Assembly: GCA_013239625.1 (NCBI GenBank)
Contig: MU053652.1
Location: 930,001 to 994,000, forward strand
Reading direction: 5' to 3'
DNA from: Lama guanicoe
Taxonomy: Eukaryota
DNA: 64,000 nucleotides
Position numbers and translations under genes: made by a program. The notes below the pieces were generated by a model. That model was not told the DNA's origin. It saw nothing but the letters and a program-made list of their open reading frames with translations, and did not search any database. Shown here one piece after another: positions 1 through 14,758 of the stretch (position 1 is its first letter; each line of letters opens with the position of its first letter).

Positions 1-299
1 GTTACAATCCTAGGCCAAATTCATTTCTACAACATTGACAACCCACAGGGAAGTTCAGAACTTGAGTTCTGGGTCAAATGTGATGCCCAGCCCACAATCC
101 TTCCACGGAGGCAGCAGGATCACAGTAATCAGGGGGAGAAGATACTGAAGAGGCAGAAGTAGTGACCACAGTCCTTCACAGATCACAAGCAGCTCCCCGA
201 TCTCACAAGATGAGAAGCTCTAAAGGATGGTGCATGTGTGTTTCCCATGAGTAAAAAGAGTTTTCCCTTTTTTCTGAGAAATATTAGTGTCTGGCTAGT

Positions 300-450
300 T
301 AGGAAATGTGGTCCACACAGCATCGCCATCACCTCAGAGCATGTGAGAAATGCCAATTATTTAGCCCCACCCCAGAACTACTGAATAAATGCCTACAGTT
401 TAAGAAGGTCAACTGGTGATTCATATGCATGAAAGCTGGAGAAGCACTGA
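300..450 (+). mobile_element. MER5A-like hAT-Charlie MITE
   Basis: tgtggtcc..agcatcgccatcacct..agaaatgc..gccccaccccagaactactgaat..ggtgattc..gagaagcactg follows the MER5A consensus. Confidence 0.75.
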
Positions 451-3400
451 ATTAGGGGATTTATCCACAACTCACCTCCCTAAAGCTAAAATGAACACGT
501 CAGCATTGCTGCCTGAAGGAATAACTTAACGACAGCCTTCAAATTCTGCAGCTTACACAGCAGTACAAACTGGTACTTAGTGGCAATTAGCATGAGTCAA
601 AGTAACTACAAGATTTCCCATGTTCAGTAGGCCAGAATACTTAGGCAAAACTAATACAATTATGATTTCTTCTTGTTTTAAACACTTTCCGGAGAAAAAA
701 ATTCATTTCCACTACAAATGTGTTTAGTAGAACAATAGACAATTTACATACTTATAACTCATCCCCAGTTTTCTTGTTTCCCAAAGGGCTTTGCAAAGTC
801 TTTAATTATATACTAGTCTGGAACAACTATTTCAAATAATTAGCTAATTTTCTGCCCACCCCCTTTTGTCAGGTGAAAATGTGTTATCACGGAGGCACAG
901 TTAATGTGTTTTGGATAGTGATTTGTCTTAAAAGGGGTAATTAATATTCTAATTCCAAAATAAACACCACATCTATTAAAATAATGCATTCAGGAATAGA
1001 TTAAAAGGTTGAAGAAGCTAAACTTATATCAAAATTTAGACCAAAAAAAAAAGAAGTTATGCAAAAAATCACTCTATGTACTATGTAATGTCTTTATTTT
1101 TTTTTAATCTTCAGAAAGACTCAGACTGATGATTTATCCTCTAATTATTAAAGAACACAAAGCACTGTCCATCAAAGACAGACCAAATTTTAGGACAACC
1201 AAAATCACCAAGAGGTTCAACTGACAGAACGGACAGCGAAGAAAACAGATACTTTCCAAATCTAAATCCATAATAATACAAAAGCCACTACAAAGAGGCT
1301 CCATCTCTTCAGACTGCCCAGTAAACATACATGTGCCCTTGGCATCAAGGACCAAATTGTATACAAACAATAATGGTAACAAGGATCCTTAGGCACATCC
1401 CAGAGTGGTATTAAAAATCATAGCAACTCTTCCAGTTGGTTAAAAGAACACTTGAAAGACATTTTTATAACTTGTACTGCTTCCTGCATGACTTGGTTTA
1501 GAGTTTCAGAACCTGACGTCAACCACGAACTTATGGCTACAAAAGCACCTCATGCCACCACTCCGAGGCCTCACACTTCTCATTTTCCCTGGCCTGTTTC
1601 ATTCTATGTATGTTTCACTCCCTGCATCTGTTCTTCCCTCCTTCTTTCTTATTTCTCTAGCCCATAATTCATTTTCCAGAATACCCACTAATCTATCCAA
1701 CTATACACTGCACCTATCTCTGTACTCAGCCTGTCACTCTCTAGTTTTACTAGCCCATCATGTCAACACAGAGCATGAACAAGATCTCCCAGAGGGGTGA
1801 TGGAAGGAAAGGAGGGCCCGAGACAGACCTTAGATAGGTGTTATGGCCAACAAGTACTAAAACTAAGGGAAAGATCAAAAGAAATTCCTTGAAGAGATCT
1901 GGCTTTGGCTACTAAAATGATGATAAACTATCAACTAGAGACGCAATGATCCAACACTAGCACTCTGCTGTAAAAAAGCACAGCAAAAATTCTGAAGGAG
2001 AAAAATGGAAAGAGCATTGTAAAACCACAGTCTTCCGCCAGCAGGGTGACTCCGCAACTACTGGTTATATATAAATATTAAGAGTAATTTATTATTGGTT
2101 GCCCCCAAATTAACCAGTGCCCAGCAAGCAGAGGGGGGCAGTGAGCCACCCATCAAATCTAGTATAGAGATGTATCTATAGAAGGTGACTGGTAAGTATC
2201 TGCCAACTAAATACTCATTGCATTATTATCAACTCTTACATTAGGCGGTATGTAAAATAACCAAGAAAATCTAAAGCCCTTATTCTCTAGGTCCAGAATC
2301 TTCAAGTTGCTGGATTTATAAATTTTAGGACTAAGCCTAATCTAAGTCTCATCATGTCATGTCTGATCAACCATTAACAGTCTTCTAACTGCTTCTCCTG
2401 CCTCCAGTCTCCCCATTTTTCTCCAGGTTGCTCATATGTCTTTAGTGCCACTAACCCCTGCTCCCACAGCCCCAACTTCTTGAATGTAAACTCAAAATGC
2501 ACATAAAAGCTCTGAGCATTATGCCCAACACACAGATGACTTTCAGTGTCAGTTTACTATGAATCCTTAGCTGGCATTCAAGATCCTCAAAAATCTGGCC
2601 CCTATGTACACCTCTCAAATTTTACAGGAACTACCTATTACAAACAAAGTGGGATACTTACTCCTGTAACCAGACCATGTGATGTACAGAAGAATTCTAT
2701 TTTCTGCTTGGAATATATGCCACTCTACTGTCTTTTTTTTTTTTTTTCCTTCTCTTAATTCAATCCTACTCTTCTGTCCAAGCTCGCTCTCTATCCCCAG
2801 GAACGGCCCAGCTCTAATCCCACCTCCATGGGAAGCTTTTCTAAAAGGGCCCAACTTCACTCCTGGGATGTCCAATAGCCTATTCTGTCAACACCACTCA
2901 TGAAGTGTGCATCTCTTTCTGTGAATATGACACACTACTTTAAACAGGTGAGACAAAACTTCTGGAATGTAAAAAAAATGAGTTTCATAACTGAAGCAAC
3001 ATCTCAGCATGAAAACGCATCATGCCCATAATTCCCACTATACCAACCTGTTTCTTGTAAGACAGAATCTTGTACTCAAATGAACTTAATGAACAAGTGA
3101 TCAGAGAGTGTCAGAGTTCCTGACGGTGTTTTACGTCTTGACTTGAGTGCTGATTACATGGGTATGTTTAGTTTGTAAAAATACATGAAAATACACACTT
3201 ATGACAGGGACACATTCTTGTATTTATAAAAGATACAAAATAAACAGGTGGAGAAGCGAAAGTGAGGAAAATGAAAGAGGAGGGAAGGAGAAAAACCTCA
3301 GATACACCATCTGTACAAAGGAAATAAATTAATTCTTAAAGATGGGCCTGGTAAGCCACCTCAGTAGTTCCAGGCACCTGGTTATCTCAAAGGTACTTAA

Positions 3401-4542
3401 GAATGTTTAACTTTAATGGTCTAAAAGCTATTAATCACCCTCATCCTTTTAACAAGGTGTAGTTTGGCCTAAATAATTACTATCAACCAAAAATGTCAAC
3501 AATTAAAGAGGATAATACCGACATAACTTACAGAAATACCAGGAGGACAAGTTAATTACATGAATAAAGCACTCTGGAAATGTAAATAGTATACAAAGTC
3601 TAAATGATGATAGTAACGATGGTTGAGTTACCAATATTTTAACCTTTAGGAATGTAATTTAAAAATAAGCACTTTAATACCACTTTACATTTGCTAATCA
3701 GTTTAGAGATACTAATTAAGCCACAGGTCATCCTCTGAAATACATGCAAATCATCCCATTTAGAGAGAATGGAAGTCAAGTCACTAAGCTGGGCTCACCC
3801 TGAAAGAAACTAACGGGAATCCAGTTCTCTTTGGTCCTTGGGACTTCAGCTGAGAAGGTGGATCATGCAAAAATTAGCAAAAGAGGACAACAAAAACTCA
3901 ACTTTCTTATTTTGCTTTTTTTAGTTCCCTCCGTAATCCTGGCTTCAAGAAAGAAATGATTACTGGGGAATGTCTGGAAGGGCAATGTTACTAAAATGAA
4001 GAGCTGGCCCCACCGTGTTCTAGTCGACAAGAGAAGTTCAACACACATGAATAAGGCAAATGCAGAGAGTGAGTGTAAAATAAAGAAAAATGTTTACGTG
4101 CAAGTGTACAAAGTCACTAGGATCCAGGATAAAAAAGGAACTGCAGAATCAGAAGAAGGAACCACACTAGGGAAATGCTGATATGACCCTACTTCCTAGT
4201 AGGACTATGTGCGCATCCTTATCCTTACACCTATATTACAATCTATTGAAAATGGCTGCCAAGCTCAAGTATGAAGTAGAACAAGGACACAGCCTGAGTC
4301 ACATGAGATAAAATTTAACCCAGGAGGCTGCAGTACATATAGTCCCTTCTAGTAGAAAATTTCCAAGATTTTATGTGTGGGGGTTCTGGCCTAGAAGGCC
4401 TACCTAATAGTCTCTACACTTTTTTTTTTTTTGCCAATTACAACAAGCATGTTAAGCTTAAAACATAAGATACCATAATAAAGAGAAGCAGACAAAGCCA
4501 TAAAGGTTTACATAAATTTTGAAGACAATGGAGATAATTTAT

Positions 4543-4765
4543 CATGGTGGTTAAGTGCCTACTTGGAATTAGACAAAGCTGAGTTTAAATCTCAGCATCA
4601 TCACTTAATAGTTGGGGCAAGTCACTTAACTTCTTTAAATTTCACTTTTGTCACCTATAAAGTAAGAATAATAATGGCATTATCAATGGGGGAATTAAAT
4701 GGAATAACATGTATAAAGTGCTAAGCACAGTGGCAGAGTGGTAAATACTCAGTAAATGTCAGCTG
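4543..4765 (+). mobile_element. MIR SINE
   Basis: gtggttaag..gagtttaaatctcagc..gggcaagtcacttaac..ataataat..aaagtgctaagcacagtg..ctcagtaaatg. Confidence 0.8.
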
Positions 4766-5779
4766 TAATTTTTACATTTTTAAATTATTAATGGAGAGGA
4801 AAGTTTAGAAAGAAGAGAATATCTACACTACAGGAATGTCAAGTACAAATGCTCAGAGGTAACAGAGGATAAATTACCAACACAAAGATAAGTGAAATAG
4901 TACACAGACAGGTTTGGAAATAGGAAAAGACAGCAAGATAAATAAATCAATTATTAATATTAATCAAAATATTAATTCTTCATGAAATTACTGAGTGCCT
5001 GCTATGAAATAGTGTTAGTTTACAGACAAAAAAAGAAGTTGTCCTCAATGACTAACAGCTAATAATTCTGCAAAAGAGATGGCAACTTTAGGTGACAAGC
5101 AGAGGTTAAAAAAAAAAATTAACAGAAAGAAAAAAAAGAGGCTATGTACTGGCCTAGATAAGATGGCTAGATCATCAGCTCTTGTGGTGACAGACCCAGG
5201 CTAGTTCAAAGGCTGTTATGAATCAAGGCTTGAGATGGATGGAACCATGATTGTTGTGACAAACAGCAAAGTTGCAATTCAAAGAGGTATTTTAGGTTTG
5301 CAAAAGGACTCCTAAATAAAATGCCGTACAAGTGAACTTCAGCATCTTGGTTAGTTTGTATTTCTTTGCTCTTTGAAACATAATGGTAGCAGTTTCCCTC
5401 TCATAACACCAATACGAATAGAAGCAAAATATAGCTCTTCCACTGAAAGGAAGATGATGACCTTGAAAAAGTCACTCCACTGTGCTAGTTTTCCCAGTTG
5501 AAAGTGAAAGCCAGGCTCTGTGAAAGAGGCTGGCACACTTCACAGGCAGTAAGAGTCATCTAAGGAACCAAGTAAATGAATAAAACAAATGACTAGACTC
5601 TTAGACACAGAATAAATTGCTGGGGCAAGAACCAAGTGCAAGGTTTATACTCTGGTTTGCTCTTGGCACCCAACTTGCCGTGGAACCTCTTGGGTACATT
5701 ACTAATGATGACATATCTAGCTGTAAAAAAAGTCACAGTAATAGTCACTTCGAATCATTCTTTTTTGTCTTCCTATCTA

Positions 5780-5980
5780 ATAGTAGTTAAGACGATAAGT
5801 GTTGAAATCAGACCAGGATTCAAAGCCTGACTCTACCACTAACTCATCATGACCTTGGGCACAGTGTCCTGATCTGAGAGTGGGAATACTAACACCAAGC
5901 TATCTGAAGTGTTGTGAGGATTGAGGAAATAACGTAGTTAAGGCTTGGCCCAGGTCATATCATTAGCACAAGTGGTTATG
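5780..5980 (+). mobile_element. MIR SINE (degenerate)
   Basis: aatcagaccaggattcaaagcctgactctaccact..tgaccttgggca..gttgtgaggattga. Confidence 0.7.
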
Positions 5981-6040
5981 AGGTGTTTAAGTTTCTTAAG
6001 CACACCAGTATTTCCATATTTCACGGTCTGGCATCTAATT

Positions 6041-6220
6041 CCATGGTTCTCCTGCACATTAGAATAACCAGGAGGGCTTGCTGAACACAGACTGCACAGC
6101 CCTGTCCTCCCAGAGTTTCTCAAGCAGTAAGTCTGGGATAGAGCCCTAGAAGTCGCACTTCTAACTAAATCCCAAGTGACGCTGGTGATGCCACTCTGGG
6201 GATCACCCTTTGAACCACTC
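6041..6220 (-). mobile_element. MER5A MITE
   Basis: tggttctc..cacattagaataaccaggagggcttg..cagagtttct..agtctggg..cttctaac..tcccaagtga..gaaccact, the reverse complement of MER5A. Confidence 0.75.
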
Positions 6221-9200
6221 GTCTGCTTCAAGTCATTCCTGAAGCCACTGGCTTCTCTGAGGAATTGTCCTAAGACAAAGAACGAACCTCTTCTACAAGG
6301 AGTAAGAATAGGCTAACATTAAAAGACACAACAATAGTTTACCACATACACATGCAATAAAGGGGGAAAAAAAAGCACCTGCTAAGTTGGGAGCTAAATA
6401 ATCCCTAAAGAGAAAGTTTTGGTCCCTCCCAACCCCCTGGCACCCTTTTTCATAAAATGTTAGCACAGGTTTATTCTGTACAAATCCCAAGCGATTCATG
6501 TCAGATTAAGTCCCCACAGAAATGTAGGCAGAATGAACAGATGGCTTTTTCCTTGCTAAATACTGTGTGTGTATATGTGTGTGTGTGTAATAGACATATA
6601 TATAATTTTTTACTTGAACAGTGAAACTCACTGCCTCCAGAGTCACATAGGGTCTAAATATGAGTCAGCTCAGAGCATTCACAACCACAATTCTGGGGTC
6701 CTATTCACTTGTTCCTTTAATACTGTGAACTGCTTATATGCTATCAGATACCAGTTGGCCATGGATGAAAGGAGATATAGTAGATATAAAATCAAGAACA
6801 TAATGGATATAAAAGATGAGGGTTTTCCCAAGCTCTTGTGCCTGCCTCCAGGTTTTCATTTTAAAGAAAAAGACACTGCTCTTAACAGCATATACTTTCC
6901 CTTCTCTAGTCCTCTGATCAATGATCCCAGAAGCTGAACAACAGCTGTTCACATATATTGGAATGGTGTTTATATGTAGGGAGAAGAAAATCATTAGGGT
7001 ATTTTATATTAAAAACACAGACTTTCTTTAAAGCGAGCATTTTAAATATCCCTGTTTCACTTTAGGGATTTCACCCTTACCCTTCCACAAGTAAATGGAC
7101 TTCTCATCCCCTCCAACTGCTACCAGGTTGGGGGAAAAAAATGCAAAAGAACTGCTCTTTGACCAGCAACAATAATATAAAGACTTGGTGACCATGGCAA
7201 AATTATACTAATTACCACAGACTAGCTGGAGTTCTTCAAATTGAAGCTCTCAGAAGTAATTTACTATCATAAACTGACTCAATTACAACCATTTTAATTT
7301 CATATTCTTGTAGTTCCCTTTTTCCACTTTTTTTTTCTTCTTGTAACTCTGCTGGTCTTTAAAAAGGGCACTGTCACCTTTGGTAGGATCTTTTTTCATG
7401 CTAGATTTGTAACATTCTCTTGAAGCTTGAAATTAAAATTTCTCTTTCCTACCAATTTAGTCCCTTCCCATTTGGCAAACATCTTTTTTGATTCTTGCAT
7501 CTCTAATGGAGCTGAAAATTAATATGACTTTTTGTTTAATTCTTTGATTTTGCAAAAGAATCATCAATGATGTTATTAGCATGGCTCTTTCTGCATAGTA
7601 GACTGGGAGTTATAATAAAAGCCTTACGTTTCTATAGCACCTCACCTCCCAGAGGACTGTGGAACGCTTCACCAAGTATCCTCAGAGGAAACACCTCCAC
7701 ACCACTCATTCGCAGCTGCCCCTCAGGTGAAATGCATGCTCTGGTTAAATAGCATTTACTCAAAAGAACTGCATAATAGCAGCTCTAATGATTGGAAAGA
7801 AAGACAACACTCAGAGAAGGTAATTATACACAAAAAACATCACTGAAAGAAAGGGTTGACTTTATAGCAAGTGTGGTTCACTTATAGCAAGATATGAAGG
7901 AAAACTTTTTTAATAAGGACTAAAAACATCAAAATGAAAAATCAAACTGTAAAAAAATTTTTTCCCCTAAAGAACTAGGGGCAGTTTTTGCATACTTTGG
8001 TTTAACCTACTATGAAATTTGTCACCATTATTCTAAAAGTATTGTCACACCCACAGTAAAACTGATGTCGATGAGTGAGCATCAGTTACTCAGTAGCAAT
8101 ACTGTGATAGTCTCCACTGTTAGCAGTTTCTCTTGCCAACATTATTCCATGCCCCTTATTTGGAACCCTGAGCTCACCTGCCAGGCCAACAGAAACCCTG
8201 GGGATGATTTAACCACCATCCAGTGTGAGAGAGGATGAACTGGTCTCTTGGGAATGCAGCAATCATTCAAATCTTCAACGCAACAAAGTTTTATGATCCC
8301 TCTGCTACATGACTTTTAAATCCACAAAGTTCATCTGATTTACAAAGCATTTATCATTCAATCCTCAATCAACCCATCAATTGATATGTACTGGCATCTA
8401 CTACTCATTCATTCAAGAAATATTAATTAGGTTCCTACTGCATATAAGAAGAGGGGCCAAATTTTAGGGTCCGAGGGGATCACAATCATCAATAATAATT
8501 CCATCCTTCCTCTCAAAAGGCTTAAAGATGAGCTGAAAAAAAAAAAGCAAAAACTGAAAGTGGGAAAGTACTGTGGAAAAACTGAATGATGTGTAAGACA
8601 ATGGTCTTCCAGAGGACTTTTATCTGATTGAAAAGGGAAGATGTAGATTCAGCAGAGAAAAAAATGTACAACTATGAGACATTTCAAATGGAGAGCAAAC
8701 CAAGAAGTGCAATGAGTTCTTGAAAGGAAATGCTCCACAGAAGCTTCACAGATAAGATAAGACAGAGTAGACCAGAGGAAATGGGAAGGTATTCAGGGAT
8801 AAGGGTGAAGACACTGGGAAAGATGTGCAGTATAAACCGAAGTACTTGTGTGAGAAAGTGCAGCATCACATTTAGAGGACAGAGATAGAAACTAATTTAA
8901 TTAGAGCACAGTGTTTCTATACAAAGAACGTAAACTAAACAGGGAAAAACAGGTTTTGTGCAAACTATGGAAGCATTTGAATGACAAGCTAAGGAAGGGG
9001 AAAAAAAACACCTTATCCAACAAACTAATTAATATAGGGAAACACAGACCATTTGAAATAAACCTACATTTTAATCTGTATTTCCTCTTTGCTTCTTTGA
9101 TTTATACAATGATGCTACGACAAAGACTGGCCATATCACCACCATCCCATAGGAGTCAAGCTTTGCTTTAAGAGCCATTATCCATCCAAAATCCTGAAAT

Positions 9201-11679
9201 TATCACATTTTTACAGGACAAAGAGTCTATGATGACTATAATATGTTGAATATTCTTTCTCCTCCTGGAGGGGAGCAGAAGGCATAGGACTGGCATTCAC
9301 TCCTGCAGGGAGGCCAGCTTGCAACCCTGTTGGGTTATTAGGTATCTTTGAAGAAGATCCTGGCCCCATACATACCAGCCCACTCTATCAAATTTATCCA
9401 CCTTCAGTAAGGGACCCTACTGATCCTACTAGTGCAGTCTCCCAAACAGAGGTGAGTAATTCTATCAAATCAGGGGAGGGGATGCTGCCAGGTCAACCTC
9501 AGGGCCATGAATCTCCACTTTAGCCTGTGTCAATCAGCAGAGCATCTAAAATATGCCTGGGTGTGAGAAAACAAGATTTCTTTCAGATCACAGCAGGTGA
9601 ACAGACCATCAACCAGGACCCAGAATCAGAGAAGAAAGAAAAAAAGCCTGCAGGGATATTCCGTCTATTTCCCGACTGATACACATTTGATTCTGTCAGC
9701 ATCAAATGCCCAATGAAATTCAACCCCATTTTCCTTGGGGACTATTCTATGGCCCAATAGTTCTCACTGCAGAAACACTCCCTGAGTGTTTACAGTCTGC
9801 ATTTCTTTCTTTCTGCTGTGCTCATCCACACTACTGTGGAAAGGGAAGTAATTCTTTTATTTCATATTTGAATTTTTAAAAATTACTGTGAAGTCTCACC
9901 CCTCACTGTTCCCAAGTTTAATGTCTGTATTTGAAGTTTCAATCAAAAGCAACTAAATTATCCATTATGAGTTTGTATTCCTTTCCCCAGTACGGCAGGC
10001 ACTGCCATACTTGCTGATCCCTTGATAAAAACACAATTGACAACAAGCACCTAATTTTACTCTGGAGCCCCTTTTTGATGATCTGCTATCTGTGAAAATG
10101 CTTGAGGAACCCGTCAAAAGGGCTCTGTATCACACCAACGCCAACTGTTGAGGAGTCACAACTCCCATCTGAGTGACTAATATTACAGTGACGCTATTTC
10201 TTCAGTGTCATCCTGTCTCCGAAAAGGTTAACATCGCTTTGCTTCCGTGCCTGTGCCTAAACACGCCAGTTCTCCAAAAAGCACAGAAACTTGCCTCATC
10301 CCAAGTCCTTCGTCACTGCAGATGCTCTGCTGGGGACTCTCACCCATCTGTCTATCATTCTGGTGTACACGTGCCCAATACTCAAGGCAGGATCCCAGAT
10401 GCTGCCTCATCGGAACTGGGGAGACAGGGTTGCTCAGCCCCAGCTCCATGAAAGGATGCCGTTTTGCGCAGCCCAGCCGAAAATAGTGCTGGCCTTTTTC
10501 ATTGCCATATCATGCTGCTAACACTTATCTAATGTGCTGTCGTTTATCACCCCCGGAAGACTGGCTATTTCGTGCTGAGCTTTCGTCATTTGCTGTAGTT
10601 CACTTGGCGGCAGCCCTCATTTTCCTTAGATGGAATCCTATCCAAGGAGATGAATTCTGTTGTCACTGTTCACTTTCTACTTTAAAAATCCTTCAAAACT
10701 TTGAGGGAGCTAATCCAAAAAGGTTCATGCCACTCACTAGTGTAACACAACTCTTTAGTAACACCACCACAGATTTCTGGGAAGATCAGAACTACCAAAA
10801 AAAAAAAAAAAACCCAAAAAATTGCACCTTTGAATGTTATAAAGTTTGCTATATAATCTTATTAAGGATAAAAAAATTAAAGAGTTTCAAAAAAATTCCC
10901 CTGTGATGGGCCCAGGTTTTTTTAATGCCTGATCATTATTAGAAGCATAGACTTGACAGCAAAAATATATTTTATCCATCCTTCCACAACTAGGCAAAAG
11001 TACACAGAAAATCTAAGTGGACAGATGTGATGCTGTTGAAGAGTTTAGGAGAGATCTCTGAGTAACACATTTTCTTAAGATCCTTTAAGTTAGGAAGGAC
11101 TTTTTTATGACTACATGCAATTTTTGTGGCTTTCCATTAACCATCTTCCCTGGAGTTCTGACGGTTTTAAGAAAAGGAACAGGAGAAGATATCAGGAAAC
11201 TCTGGGAGCCCACCCTCCCTTAGCAGGTCTCAGCCATGCTGTAGCCACAGTGTAGGCCAACGCGGGGATAATCAGGGAAACAAGTATCACATCACCTCAG
11301 CTCCAAGGTCCTTTCCTTACGGCTGGCCCGATACGCTTTTTGTCCTGCTTGCTCTGCCTTTTTTCACTTCCTCCCAGGCTCGCTTCCAGACCTGTTAAAA
11401 CAGGCTTTTATTTCCTCTCCAAGATGTCTGTCCACATCACCTAAGGAATCAGCAGCTCCTGGGAGCCACCACCTAACTTGAACAGCCTTTGAGTGTTGCT
11501 CAAAACTTTGCTGCCGTGTGACCCACACATGATGAGAAAATGCGGAAGCAAAGAAAGGCAAAATGAGGCATCACTGTAAGAAGTTCCAGTCTCTGGGGAC
11601 TATATAATATGCTGCTTGTGGCAACAACAGAGAGCTGATGGAGTGAATGAACTAGAAAAGCAGTACTTGCTTCACTTTT

Positions 11680-12180
11680 ACCCGCATGCATTGTCTGAGC
11701 TGGTCCATTTCTACAACTTCAGCTAAAATCCCCAGGCAGATAGATGATCCCTAAATTTCTACCTCCCACCCTAACCTCTCCCCTAGCCCTCAGTGCTCAA
11801 TCTCTAAGTGCCTGTAACACAACTCTACAGGGATATTCTGCCAATAACTTCATATTTAACAGGCACAAAGCACAGTCTTTCTGTATTTCCCAATTCCCAA
11901 CCACACAGGCTCAAAACCTCACCCTGACTTATGGCTCTCCATTTCTTAGAGTCAAAGCTAAAAAGGTTTTGAAACATCATTCTTCTTTCAAAACCTCTCT
12001 AATCTCTGTCCTCTTTCCTTTCACTGACACCGCTCTAGTCTAGCCCTTGCTTCCTGTATTGATTGAATTTGCCTTCTAGTTGGTATTTCTCCAGCCACTA
12101 CCTTCTCCGCCAATTCATCCTGCACACTGCTGCCAGATAAGTCATCCTAAGAACAGTACTTTCACCATTTTACACTTCCA
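11680..12180 (+). mobile_element. L2 LINE fragment (degenerate)
   Basis: Pyrimidine-rich L2-like motifs (gatgatccctaaatttctacctcc, ctctagtctagccctt, caattcatcctgcacactgctgccaga). Confidence 0.55.
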
Positions 12181-12279
12181 TCAAAAAAGCATAACATCTA
12201 CCATCATCTACGAAGTCATCGTGCCCACCAAAAATCATCTTAAACCTGATGAAGCCCCTTGACCCAAGTTATGGGACAA

Positions 12280-12820
12280 TAATAAATAGCAAATGACACC
12301 ATGGGTAAGCAATTAACAAAAGCTAGAATGTGGGAAATTCTACAAGACAAATGATCTGGTTTCTTCAATAAATAAATTTCAAGAAGTAAAAGTGAGATGG
12401 AGGGGAATTTATATATAAAAAGAGTTTCAAGAAACTTACCAGTCACACTGCAGTATTTAAATTATTTGAATCCTGATTCAAACTATAAAAAATATACAAT
12501 TATGACATTTGAAACAACTGGAAATACGAACAATTACTTGACATTTGATAAGAAAATTACATTTTTAGGTATAATTATGTTTTGTTAAAAGGAGTCCTTA
12601 TCTTTTAGAGATTCATATTGGAATACAGATGAAATATAATCTCTAGGATTTTTTTCAGAACAATAAAAGACAAAGGGAAAAGGGCAGGGGTAGAAATGAA
12701 ACAATATTACTATAAATTGGTAGCTCCTGAAACTGGTGAAATTGGATGATGGGTACATGAGGGTTCATTATACATTTCTATATATTTCTGAACATGTTTG
12801 AAATTTTCTATAATAAAAAC
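12280..12820 (+). mobile_element. L1M (L1MC-like) 3' UTR fragment
   Basis: agaatgtgggaaattctacaagacaaatgatctggtttcttcaataaa..gagtccttatcttttagaga..gatgggtacatgagggttcattatac..tttgaaattttctataataaaa. Confidence 0.7.
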
Positions 12821-14439
12821 AAGAAACCATAATGGCAGCCTACGGTCAAAGGGGGCAAATCCAAACTGCCCAATCTCCTAGTCAAAAATCTTCCTGTCAC
12901 CCAAAATTATTCAACCTTATTTTTTGTAACACTTTCCAAACAACCAACAAACCAGAAAACGTCCATTCTCTCCAGCTCTCCATAATCTACTTGTATTATG
13001 TATTCAACCCTAACCATAGTTAGATGTGCCAAAGCTCTCCTTGTCCATGAACTCAACTTCTTTAACCCATTCTAACCTCTTCCTTCTATGTCTTTTCTGA
13101 CATTTTTCCAGGGGACCATAAACAGCTATTACTGATGGTTATGTTTTTGTCTTAACTCTCTGCAAGGTTAAATAACTTCTTAAATTCCTTTTACATAAAC
13201 ATCTTTCTAAAAAAGAAATACCTTTTCCTTTTAGTTAAAAACAACAAATTACATTAATATAAATTTAGAAAACTCATACAAGTAATAAATAGGAGTGAGG
13301 AGAGAACAAAGAAAACGTCCTTTCTTAATAACAGACAATTACTAAAACTCTGATATAATTTTTTCCAGTCCAAAAAATTCTTGAATATAATAATGTTATT
13401 TTCCAGGATTCTCAACAATTCAAGTCAGAAATAGGAATTATCTATGTTTCTGCCTTTGGGCTGCTACTCTAAAGTTGACCAAAACCTCTCAAAGGAGAAA
13501 GCAGTTACAGCACAGTCATTTAGTTTTCCTTTTTCCTTTAAAGTGTGTGTATATTAAAGCATTTTTCCATCTTTACAGAGTTTCAACTTGCTATCATCAT
13601 CTGCTACATGTCAGAGAACACACACTCTCTCCTAAACATGCCACAGTGATGTATCTTTCCAAATTATACTCTTTTTGTAAATTTCTCCCACCCCTTAAGA
13701 CTACCTTCTAATGGTCTTGGTTTTAATATAACCAAGCCTTTAATATTTGCTAATCCTAGTTCTTAACCAGATTGTGCATTAGAATCAGTTGGGAATCCTA
13801 CTGAAGGCTCTCCAGATGTGGGATCCACAGGTAATTCCAATGGGAGGAAGGGAGGAAGGCTTACTGACCACTAATAGCTGTAACTACCAAAATATTCAGA
13901 ACATTTGATGATCTAACTTGAAGCCACTGCAAAAACAAATGAAATCATCTTAATTTTCTTAACTCTAAAGGCTTAAACCCATTTCAGTGCATTTAACATT
14001 TCTGACATTTTAGAACTGGGAAAAGCCAAATCTATTCAATGACTGCTATTCCTTGAAACTTGAAATCTTCAATTTTCACAATTTGAAAACATGCATACAT
14101 ATATAGGTGTAAATAAACTTCTTTACATACAAACACTTAGTAAAATGCCTAGCGAGACATATTCCTCAACACAAAGTCTTTATTTTAAAAATATGTGAAC
14201 ATTTTAGCTAAATGAATCAACTCAAAGTATCATAGATTCTCAAGTTAAATATCAAGATGTCAAACTATAAGCCAAAGGAGGCTTGTAAATCACTGACTTA
14301 AAAAATTTTTAAAGAAAGCTTGGGCAAACCAACCTCTACATTTGACTCTTTGGTGTTATGAACATGATTTAAAACTTTTATCTCCGTTTCTCCACTCTAA
14401 AATGGGGACAATACAACAAATGTAAAAACAGAAATCACT

Positions 14440-14758
14440 AGCTTCCACCTTTGCCTTTTTGAATGCTCCCTAGTAGAAGCCAGCACTCATGTAAGAAGTT
14501 CAACTACCCTGAGACTGCCATGTTATGAGGGCCTATGGAAAGAAACCATGCAGAGAAGCCTTCTTGGACCTTCTAACCCAACCCAGTCTTTAGCTAAAGC
14601 AGTCAAGGGAATGATCTCAGTTAATGCCTTGGAAAGTAGAAGCATCACCCAGCTGTGCCTGGACTGAATTCCTTACTCACAAAACTGAGAACAAATCAAA
14701 CAGTAGTCTTAAGCCACAAAGTTGCTGAGTAATTTGGTATGCAGCAAGAGACAAGCAA
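14440..14758 (+). mobile_element. MLT1 (ERVL-MaLR) LTR fragment
   Basis: gaagccagc..catgtaagaagttcaactaccctgagactgccatg..cccagctg..gaattcct..ttaagccac..tatgcagcaa, a typical MLT1 3' half. Confidence 0.75.

Noticed and set aside
1917..1995. C/D box snoRNA-like spacing (ATGATGA ... CTGA, about 80 nt)
   Set aside because: It is antisense to the host transcript, has no terminal stem and shows no recognisable rRNA/snRNA guide.
2036..2146. CTCF-like motifs (ccagcagggtgac; gcagaggggggcag)
   Set aside because: Each has several mismatches at core positions.
10173..10906. Cluster of overlapping ORFs of 73-134 aa
   Set aside because: No recognisable homology or exon structure; explained by locally higher GC.
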